This document shows, piece after piece, positions 56,797 through 64,000 of a stretch of 64,000 nt of DNA. The stretch covers positions 23,085 to 87,084 of the forward strand of contig CAMATH010000002.1 of the NCBI GenBank assembly GCA_945860955.1, read 5' to 3'. The stretch's first letter is position 1, and the number at the start of each line of letters is the position of its first letter. The notes under the pieces were generated by a model. That model saw only the letters and a list, made by a program, of their open reading frames with translations. It did not search any database and was not told the origin of the DNA. Source of the stretch: Planctomicrobium piriforme (GTDB lineage Bacteria > Planctomycetota > Planctomycetia > Planctomycetales > Planctomycetaceae). The position numbers and the translations under genes are program-made.

Positions 56797-57258
56797 CTAT
56801 CGGTATACGACGCCATTCCGCTTCAGCCACCCCGGCTTGTGCCTCCTCCCGGGATCGTGGTGTGTCCAATGGACAACGCCCCCCTTCGCGTTCCACTCGA
56901 AGACCCCGTAAAACGAGATCGTATCCCCTGGATTCAACGGAGACACTCGGGGGGCCAATCCAATGTTGTGCGCGATCAGCAACGTCTGCCCCGACCCGAG
57001 TCGGACAATGAATCGTTGATGGCGCTTGCCTTCGTTGTCGTCCGGCAAGACCCTGTCGACGATTCCAACCCCCTTGACCTGGACGCCACTCTGATGGTTC
57101 CGGAATGCGATCGCAATCGGATCGTCGGCAACTTTGGTCTCTGAGACTCGATCCTGCGTCCAGACACGATCCAGCGTCCAGTCGAGTTCGCTCCAGCCAT
57201 ACCCTATGAATAGGAATGGAAGAATGAGCAGCATGAACTGCAGTTTTTTCATCAACAT
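56797..57258 (-). CDS. DUF3465 family protein
   Basis: Contains V.VKGVG.V.RVLPDDNEG.RHQRFIVRL..GQTLLIAHNI and GVVHWTHHDP, characteristic of DUF3465. Has a signal/TM N-terminus. Confidence 0.8.
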   Translation of the reverse strand: MLMKKLQFMLLILPFLFIGYGWSELDWTLDRVWTQDRVSETKVADDPIAIAFRNHQSGVQVKGVGIVDRVLPDDNEGKRHQRFIVRLGSGQTLLIAHNIGLAPRVSPLNPGDTISFYGVFEWNAKGGVVHWTHHDPGRRHKPGWLKRNGVVYR

Positions 57259-57743
57259 TACGATTCCCCGTGGTGCGACAAACGTTGGGTAAGCCGGGTA
57301 TGACGGAATCCATTCTTGCCATCAAATACGGAAAATTCAATCGCCTGATTCAACCAGTCGTCCCGTTCCAGAGTCCCGTCCCGACTCCAGGCCAACATTC
57401 GCAAACCGTGAATCACCAGCAGCAGTACAAACAGTCCCCACAGCCAGCGCCCGGTGAGAAAACGGCGATACCACGGATATCGGCGACCCCGCGCGAGTTC
57501 GATCAACGCCGTCACTCCGACAGCGGTGAATGCCAGTGCCACCGGAACCGCGAGCGGGTGAAATGAAGTGGCGGCGGCCCAATGCAATCGGACCGCCGCC
57601 GAGACGCCACGTGTCAAACCACAGCCCGGGCAGGGGATTCCCAGCGCGAGCCGGGAGCCACACACTATCGGTCCCTGTTCTGCATAAGGAGCGTAGAAGA
57701 AGCCGATGAGCGGGACGATCAAGCCGCAGCCGGCGACCCACAA
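57258..57743 (-). CDS. DUF2752 membrane protein
   Basis: Contains the CPGCGLTRG motif followed by TM helices. Confidence 0.75.
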   Translation of the reverse strand: MWVAGCGLIVPLIGFFYAPYAEQGPIVCGSRLALGIPCPGCGLTRGVSAAVRLHWAAATSFHPLAVPVALAFTAVGVTALIELARGRRYPWYRRFLTGRWLWGLFVLLLVIHGLRMLAWSRDGTLERDDWLNQAIEFSVFDGKNGFRHTRLTQRLSHHGES

Positions 57744-57833
57744 CCTACCGATGACGAAGCGCGATTGCGCATCGTCCTCGGCCAGGGTGGTGTTGCTTTC
57801 CGGGATTGGGCTTGAGCGGGTCGGATCGATGAC

Positions 57834-58439
57834 TCAGCCGACCTTACGACGATTGCGACGGGCCCAGAAGCCCAATGCCATCAAGCCGAAGCCTCCCAGT
57901 ACAAAGCTGCTTGGTTCCGGGACAACCGTCAGAAACCCACGGATTTCACCGCCGGGAAAGGCGGTTGTGTGGATGTTCAGATACGCGGTGTTGTGCGTGG
58001 CGGCGAACAACAGTGCCGCCTCGGAATTGGCGATACTGCCACCATTGGCGGTGATGAAACCGGCGCGATAACTGGAGGCGAGCGTCAGATCAAACGTTTC
58101 GTCGTAGCTGCCGCTGGTCACTGCGGAAGGAAACCCAACGAATGTCGGTGTCTGAGTGGCGACCGAGGCGGTTCCGGTGAAGGGAGCCGCTGTCGCCGCG
58201 TGGATATGTGCCGCTGTCACTCCCGCCATCAAACCGGAGAATGTCACCTGGACACGCATGGTGTGGGCGGTGGTGTCAAAATCGACATAGGCGATGCCCG
58301 TACCGGGCGACGCATTGGGGGGAGCTTCGGACGCTCCATCCAGGATGGCCCGCGTGTGAATCACGCCGGCGGAACCGACTCCCCCGACCGACAGAACCAG
58401 CAGCGAAAAAGCGGCGACTCGAAAACAGTTTTTCAACAT
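57834..58439 (-). CDS. CHRD domain protein with PEP-CTERM anchor
   Basis: CHRD-like LDGASEAPPN.SPGTG....FD....M.V.V.FSGL...VTAAHIH. C-terminus is VPEPSSFVLGGFGLMALGFWARRNRRK. Start is at MLKNCFRV (58439). Confidence 0.8.
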   Translation of the reverse strand: MLKNCFRVAAFSLLVLSVGGVGSAGVIHTRAILDGASEAPPNASPGTGIAYVDFDTTAHTMRVQVTFSGLMAGVTAAHIHAATAAPFTGTASVATQTPTFVGFPSAVTSGSYDETFDLTLASSYRAGFITANGGSIANSEAALLFAATHNTAYLNIHTTAFPGGEIRGFLTVVPEPSSFVLGGFGLMALGFWARRNRRKVG

Positions 58440-58597
58440 AGTAAAAAGTCTCCAATAGAACTCGGGTGACGGGAAAGACGAACGAATCGGAATCAGAAAA
58501 AGATGTGGGAATTGATTCACGCCGACTACTAACAGGTTCAACTGGTTGTTTCAACAGGAATCTTCCGACGATCGAGTCGGCGCCGACCGGCCGACTG

Positions 58598-58870
58598 CTA
58601 CATGAAGCCAGCGATGGACTTGTACAGGCCGAAAAGGATCGCCCCCACGCCAGCCACGAGCCTGATGACCCCCATCGCCATGGCACTCCCCCCTTCCATC
58701 TCACGACCCCACTTGTCCTTCGTTCGCCCCGTTTTTAGCGCGGTGACTCCAAAATACGTCAAGACAATTCCCAGGGCGATCGCCCCTCCCCCCAAAACCA
58801 GCGGATGCTCTTCCAGCCACTTGTTGGCGGCCTCGTTGCGCGCGAAGACAGGCAACAGTTCGTAGTTCAT
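58598..58870 (-). CDS. small two-TM membrane protein
   Basis: 90-aa ORF with two hydrophobic segments, 3 nt downstream of the WD40 gene. Confidence 0.45.
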   Translation of the reverse strand: MNYELLPVFARNEAANKWLEEHPLVLGGGAIALGIVLTYFGVTALKTGRTKDKWGREMEGGSAMAMGVIRLVAGVGAILFGLYKSIAGFM

Positions 58871-58873
58871 CGG

Positions 58874-61800
58874 TCAATTCGCTTTCTTCAATCGGGCCGG
58901 CTCGTCGGCCGTGAAACTGTGCTGCCGATAGGTACTCTCGGCGTTCCAGGCGTGCAGCACGCCATCCTGTCCGCCGGCAAACACCCACTTTCCATCACCG
59001 GTCGCGGCGACGGCATGAAAGTACGACTGACCCCCGACATACGCGAAAATGTCTGAGTCGTTCGTCGTGCGATGCAATCTTACGGTTTTGTCACCTGATG
59101 TCGAGACGAACTGATCACGGTCTCCCACAAACGCCAGCGAGGTGATCGACCGTCGGAATTCACCAATCCGATAGGCGGTTCCCCGATAAGTGCGAATGGC
59201 GGCCCCGGTTTGCAGATTCCAGAGCTTGATCACCTGGTCTCCCCCGCCACTGACAATCGCCCGACCATCGGCCCGCCAGGCCAGTGCCAACACCGGCTGA
59301 CTGTGTCCCGGGAAAGTTTGAACCAACCCGCCGTCCGCGACGCGGAACAACTTCACCAGCCGATCGGCCGACGCGGTCGCCACAAACTGTCCATCCGGCG
59401 AAAAGCGAACGCACTGAATGGTGTCGCGATGCCCGGTCTCGAATTGACGGATGAGCGACCCCTCGCGAACACTCCAGAGCGACAGCTCGCCCGTGACGGA
59501 GGGAACCCCACCCGCAGTGAGCAGCGTTTCGCCATCGGGACTGAAGTCGAGCGACAGAACCCGATTCGCGATCGGACTTTGATCCGTGTCCCCCCCAAGC
59601 ACCCGCGCGAGCTTCCACCGCGACTCAGTCCGCCAGTGGACGCCAACGCCGTCCGATCCAACCGCGTGCAGCTTACCATCAGCCGAGAACGCGACGAAAC
59701 CGAAGGCGGCAACTGTGGGTGGCCCTGAATTCGGCCCTGTATTCTGCCCCCCCGCAGTTTGACCAACGCCCGGTGGTGTGGGGGACAGAGTCTCGAGCTG
59801 GGTGCCGGTTTCTCCATCGACAAGCTGGACCGTGCCCGTCTCACTGGCGATCGCCAGCAGACGACCATCGCCGGAAAACGCCACCGACCGCGCAGAGGTC
59901 GGCTTCGTGGTCAGTTCGAGCTGCAAAGCGGTTAGCCGTTGCTTCTCCTGATCGCGGACGGCGACCACAACCTCGGCGGCCTGAATCGCTTGCTGAGCAG
60001 TCGGCACCACCCCCTTCGCCTTCTCCAGAATCGCATTCGATGTGGCGATAAAGTTCACCGCCCCGGCGGCGGCGATTTTGGCCTCGTTCCACTCCCGTTC
60101 TGGTCCGCGGGCGGCCCCCCGGGCGTTTTCCCGCCCCTGATTCGCCTGCTGACTCGCCGTCTGGGCCTTGTTCCGCTCATTCGTCGCGTCGTCCAGCCCC
60201 TTTTGCGCCCCCTGAACCTTCTGTTGTGCCGCGGTCTGGTTCCGCTCCGCCGTCACGACGGCCGCCGCCAAGTCCGCATTCTCCTTGTCCTTCGCGGCGG
60301 CCGCGCGGGCCGTTTCCAACGCCACTTTCGCCTGCTTGAACCCCTCTTCCGCAGCGGTGAATTCCCCGAGCGCGACGGCCCGTTTGTCGGTCGCCTGCTG
60401 AAACAGGTCGGCGAGTTCCTGCGCCTTCTTCTCGGCGGCCGTCCGGGCCTCAATCGCCTTCATCGCCGCCGCCTCTTTTTCGACGAGGGTCTTGTCGGCC
60501 ATCTCCTTCGTTTTGGCCGCCCCTTCGACAACCGCCATTTCGCGCTTGAGCGCCTCTTCGGCCTCGCGCAGCTCGTGCTTGCGGTATTCGACGTTGTTCC
60601 GGGCGTAGTTGTACGCGCCGTCGGCACGCTGCAAATCGCGCCGGACGCGATCGTCCCCCTTGAACTCGGCGACCATTGACCCGTCGGCGCTGTTCCACAA
60701 CCGGGTGCCGCGTAATCCGCATGAGGCGACTCGCGAACCATCGTGCCTGGCCGCGACGGCGGCGACCGGCATTTCCTGATTCATCTCCCGCACCACCTGA
60801 CCCGTGGACAAATCCCAGATCTTCACCCGTCCGTCGTCACCCCCGGTCACCAAACGATCCTTCCAGTCCGCCACACTGGTGATGCAGGCCACTCCCTGCG
60901 TGTGTCCCTTGAGCTCCATCACGGGTGGCGTAGGAGTCTCATCGGTGGCGACGACCAGTGCGTTGAGCGGATAGAGCCGAATAACGCCGTCGGCACCCCC
61001 AATCGCCAAGCCATCGCGTGAGGGGGTCAGTCCCAGCGATCGCGGTTCGAAACCGAGTGCCCATCGCGCGATGGGTGTCCACTCTGGCAGTTTCCACAAC
61101 CGCACACTCTTGTCGGCACCCGCCGACGCCAGCCCGGTCGAAGTGAATTCGAGAGCCGACACCGCGCCAGAATGCCCCGCCAGTGTCTTGATTCCCTTGT
61201 CGCCGGTCACGTGGCGAATTCGGATCTCACCCGTCTCGGTTCCAATCGCGATCATCGCGCCGGTTTCATCGACGGCGACACATCGGGCGGGTTGACTGAA
61301 TTCGTATCGGGATTCGAATGCCGCGCGGGGACGGGACCAAAGGCGTACCGCGCGAAATCCGCCCGACGCCAGCATCGTCCCCGAGCGATCGAAGGCGAGT
61401 GACCGCACCAGATCTCCGTCGGCGACATTCGTTCCCCCCTTCGCGACCAGGGCGGGATCAAACAGCTCGGCCTCGAATTGGGGGCCACGCAGATTGTAGA
61501 CCTGCAACCGAGCCCCCCGACTCACCGCCAGACAGTCGTCATCGGGTGACAGCGCCATCGCCAATATCGGTTGCAAAGTCGTCGGCAGGGGCCTGCGCGG
61601 AATCGTTCCCGAGTGGGCTTTTGAACCAGGGTTCGCCCCCTGATCAATCCAAAGCTGCAACAGCCCCAATTGGTCCGACGTCAGCGCAACGGCCCCCACT
61701 TTATTGTCGGCCGGGGGCATCTGCGGTTTCCGTTGCCGGGCCGCGACTTTAAGCAGCGGGCTCTCCGCTCCCTGTCCTAGAATGATCACTGGGCCGGAAT

Positions 61801-62107
61801 CCCCGCCACGCCGAATCGTCTCCACCGTCCCAAGATTCACCCCCGCCTCGTCGTTCCGTCCATTGTGGCAGGCGAGACAGTTCTTTCTCAGGAAGGGCGC
61901 GATCTCGGTGGAGAAGTCGACTGCGGTGTCGCGAGTGGGAACCACGACCGGGATCGGTTGCGACTTGTCCTCCGCCCGACACGCGGACGACTGCGGCCCA
62001 ATCCAGCAGATCAGAACGAACGCCAGCGACGCGAATATGCCGAACGGCCGCTCGCGGAAAATCGCCCGAGCGGAGAGTCGCGCATCGTTTCGAGCCGCCG
62101 CCTCCAT
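58874..62107 (-). CDS. PSCyt1 (planctomycete cytochrome c-like) + WD40 propeller + ~220-aa coiled coil + second WD40 propeller protein
   Basis: N-terminal FSTEIAPFLRKNCLACHNG. Many WD-like units (..GHSGAVSALEF.., ..GHTQGVACI.., ..GHRDTIQCVRFSPDG.., ..GHSQPVLALAW..). The central region is Ala/Lys/Glu/Gln-rich and heptad-like. Confidence 0.85.
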   Translation of the reverse strand: MEAAARNDARLSARAIFRERPFGIFASLAFVLICWIGPQSSACRAEDKSQPIPVVVPTRDTAVDFSTEIAPFLRKNCLACHNGRNDEAGVNLGTVETIRRGGDSGPVIILGQGAESPLLKVAARQRKPQMPPADNKVGAVALTSDQLGLLQLWIDQGANPGSKAHSGTIPRRPLPTTLQPILAMALSPDDDCLAVSRGARLQVYNLRGPQFEAELFDPALVAKGGTNVADGDLVRSLAFDRSGTMLASGGFRAVRLWSRPRAAFESRYEFSQPARCVAVDETGAMIAIGTETGEIRIRHVTGDKGIKTLAGHSGAVSALEFTSTGLASAGADKSVRLWKLPEWTPIARWALGFEPRSLGLTPSRDGLAIGGADGVIRLYPLNALVVATDETPTPPVMELKGHTQGVACITSVADWKDRLVTGGDDGRVKIWDLSTGQVVREMNQEMPVAAVAARHDGSRVASCGLRGTRLWNSADGSMVAEFKGDDRVRRDLQRADGAYNYARNNVEYRKHELREAEEALKREMAVVEGAAKTKEMADKTLVEKEAAAMKAIEARTAAEKKAQELADLFQQATDKRAVALGEFTAAEEGFKQAKVALETARAAAAKDKENADLAAAVVTAERNQTAAQQKVQGAQKGLDDATNERNKAQTASQQANQGRENARGAARGPEREWNEAKIAAAGAVNFIATSNAILEKAKGVVPTAQQAIQAAEVVVAVRDQEKQRLTALQLELTTKPTSARSVAFSGDGRLLAIASETGTVQLVDGETGTQLETLSPTPPGVGQTAGGQNTGPNSGPPTVAAFGFVAFSADGKLHAVGSDGVGVHWRTESRWKLARVLGGDTDQSPIANRVLSLDFSPDGETLLTAGGVPSVTGELSLWSVREGSLIRQFETGHRDTIQCVRFSPDGQFVATASADRLVKLFRVADGGLVQTFPGHSQPVLALAWRADGRAIVSGGGDQVIKLWNLQTGAAIRTYRGTAYRIGEFRRSITSLAFVGDRDQFVSTSGDKTVRLHRTTNDSDIFAYVGGQSYFHAVAATGDGKWVFAGGQDGVLHAWNAESTYRQHSFTADEPARLKKAN

Positions 62108-63453
62108 CAGACAATCTCCGCGATGTGCTTGCCGTAGTTCAGAACCTCGACCGGCCGCTGCGCCTCGTTGAAATAGGTTCGCCGATAGTCGATCCCCAAC
62201 TGATGATACACCGTCGCGAGAACATCCTGGTGGCTGATGGGGCGGGCTTTAGGATATTCGCCCAATGCGTCGCTCTCTCCCAGAATGACACCCCCTTTCA
62301 CGCCACCGCCGCACAGGACGGTCGTGTAAACGCTGGGCCAATGATCCCGGCCGGCGTCTTTATTGATGCGAGGCGTCCGTCCAAATTCTCCCGCGATCAC
62401 CAAGAGTGTCGTCTCGAGAAGACCCCGCTGGTCAAGGTCTTCGATCAACGCCGACAGGCAAAGATCCCATGGGGGAATCAACAACCGGTGGGCGTTGAAA
62501 TTCTGCTGGTGCGAATCCCACTGCCCGTCGACCCGCACGGTGACGTACCGCGCTCCCGCTTCGACCAGCCGTCGCGCCAGCAACAGACTCTGGGCACCAA
62601 AACTGTTCGCTCCGTACCGCTCGCGTGTTTCCGGTTTCTCTTTTCCCAGGTCGAACGCCTCGCGAATCGCGGGGCTTTGCACCAGTTCGAACGCCCGCCG
62701 GGTGAATTCGTCGACGCCGGCGATCGCGCCCGACGCGTCGGCATCCCGGCGGAAATCGTCAAAGCGTTCCAGCATCTTCTTCCGGCGTTCCATTCGCGCG
62801 ACATCGACACCGTCGGGCAAGACCAGGTTGCGCACTCGAAACGAGGGGCTGGTCGGATAACCGTACGTTTGAAATGGGTTGTGCTGCACCCCCAGAAACG
62901 CCGCGTTCCCGCTGGGCAACGACTGCATGGTGGCGATGTAAGGGGGGATTCCGCTCGAGCGCGGCCCAAGTTCTTTCGAGACAATGCTCCCGGCACTCGG
63001 GAATTCATTGCCGGGATCCCCCTTGGTGGGACGATACCCGGTCATCACCGTGTGACACGCCTGACCATGCTCTCCCTGGTCATGAAACACCGACCGCAGA
63101 ATGGCGAGTTTGCCACAGAGTTGACTGAGTCGGGGCATGAACTCCCCAACGCGATAACCCGGCAGATCGGTGGCGATGCTCTCGAATTCGCCACGGTACT
63201 CGACCGGGGCGTCGGGCTTCATGTCCCAAGTCTCCAGATGACTGGGTCCGCCCGCCTGGAAGATAACAATGACGCTCCGTTTTTCCTGACTGGTGTCCGC
63301 CGAGAGCGCTTCGTGGCGCAGCAGACTGGCGAGCGACGCGCCCCCCAGCGCAAGCGCACCCCCTCTCAGTACAGAGCGGCGTGACACTGGCCCGCCCGGC
63401 CTGGGGCCGGCATGCGACGATGTCCGGGGTAGATTCCACATCGGTGCGATCAC
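62107..63453 (-). CDS. DUF1501 (sulfatase-like) protein with twin-arginine signal
   Basis: Tat-like SRRSVLRGGALALGGASLASL. Contains GGPSHLETWDMKP, WDSHQ and GRDHW motifs. Overlaps the downstream gene by 1 nt. Confidence 0.9.
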   Translation of the reverse strand: MIAPMWNLPRTSSHAGPRPGGPVSRRSVLRGGALALGGASLASLLRHEALSADTSQEKRSVIVIFQAGGPSHLETWDMKPDAPVEYRGEFESIATDLPGYRVGEFMPRLSQLCGKLAILRSVFHDQGEHGQACHTVMTGYRPTKGDPGNEFPSAGSIVSKELGPRSSGIPPYIATMQSLPSGNAAFLGVQHNPFQTYGYPTSPSFRVRNLVLPDGVDVARMERRKKMLERFDDFRRDADASGAIAGVDEFTRRAFELVQSPAIREAFDLGKEKPETRERYGANSFGAQSLLLARRLVEAGARYVTVRVDGQWDSHQQNFNAHRLLIPPWDLCLSALIEDLDQRGLLETTLLVIAGEFGRTPRINKDAGRDHWPSVYTTVLCGGGVKGGVILGESDALGEYPKARPISHQDVLATVYHQLGIDYRRTYFNEAQRPVEVLNYGKHIAEIV

Positions 63454-63499
63454 TCCGTCAGACCAGCGACCAGCGATCGGCGGCGTGCGCCGGTCGCGG

Positions 63500-64000
63500 T
63501 CATTTCATGTTCAGATTCGCGCGGGTGTTCTTCTTGTAGTCTTCGACGCCATCCTGCCCGTACGGATTGATGCCGATCAGCCGGCCTTCGAGAACCGTCG
63601 CCAGCATGAACATCTGCAGCAACTGTCCCAGAACGTACGCATTGAGTTCCGGCAGCAACAGACTGGCGGTCGGCCGATTCACATCACGATACGCCTTGTT
63701 CGTTCCCAACGTCGCCGCGTTGAGCAACTCATCGTACCGTTTCCCGGCGATGCAGTTGAGGTCGTCGACATTCAGATCTGGCGACCAAGCCGGCACGGTG
63801 ACATGCGGCTCGGGCGTTGATTCGATGATCACGTTGGTGATCAGTTTGTCGCGAACCCCTTCCTGATGCTGCTGTCCCCTGCTGTGCAGGTCGCGCGTAT
63901 TGACCACCGTCAATGGGAGCGCGCCGCGCTCTTTCTTTCCCAGGCTTTCTGCCAGCAACTGGTCGTACCAGAAGCCGAGCGCCTCCAACCGTTTTCCCCA
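63500..64000 (-). CDS. pgi: glucose-6-phosphate isomerase (C-terminal part; gene runs off the window)
   Basis: Contains FWYDQLLAESLGKK, RDLHSRGQQHQEG and GINPYGQDGVEDYK, matching the PGI C-terminal region. The ORF is open to the window edge. Confidence 0.85.
   Translation of the reverse strand, partial: WGKRLEALGFWYDQLLAESLGKKERGALPLTVVNTRDLHSRGQQHQEGVRDKLITNVIIESTPEPHVTVPAWSPDLNVDDLNCIAGKRYDELLNAATLGTNKAYRDVNRPTASLLLPELNAYVLGQLLQMFMLATVLEGRLIGINPYGQDGVEDYKKNTRANLNMK

Noticed and set aside
1-64000. Prophage, integrase, transposase or other autonomous mobile element
   Set aside because: I searched the translations for integrase, transposase, capsid and terminase-like motifs and found none. 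Only non-autonomous repeat elements are visible.

Overview
This is a GC-rich bacterial chromosomal segment, most likely from Planctomycetota. The evidence for that is a PSCyt1 'planctomycete cytochrome c' domain, DUF1549/DUF1553 and DUF1501 proteins, DUF1080, PEP-CTERM tails, and many long Arg/Pro-rich antisense shadow ORFs. I support about 50 protein genes. They include a complete minus-strand chemosensory operon (cheW-mcp-cheR-cheA-cheC-cheD-cheY-cheB plus a REC-PP2C phosphatase, 7158-17085) and housekeeping genes (dnaE, a UvrA-family ATPase, rph, argF, partial pgi). They also include many secreted or membrane proteins (LysM-YkuD, S8-like peptidase, PEP-CTERM proteins, BatA-like vWA protein, HTTM-like protein, DUF1080, DUF3465, DUF2752, CHRD) and a STAS protein followed by an orphan GspE/PilB-type ATPase. 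The strongest candidate for an undescribed system is one 1004-aa gene (23602-26616, minus strand). It encodes an N-terminal TIR-like domain, a central NACHT/STAND P-loop NTPase and a C-terminal formylglycine-generating-enzyme (FGE/SUMF1)-like domain. This is an NLR-like architecture and suggests a one-gene anti-phage or conflict sensor. The gene sits alone between two unusually long, repeat-filled non-coding spacers next to dnaE. The intergenic DNA carries at least six families of palindromic or dispersed repeats, a 49-nt motif shared by the upstream regions of two unrelated genes, and two tRNA-derived fragments in permuted (3' half before 5' half) order. I saw no CRISPR array, rRNA, intact tRNA, integrase or transposase. 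All calls come from reading the sequence and recalling family motifs. Start codons are often uncertain because the ORF track uses alternative starts. Domain borders are approximate.
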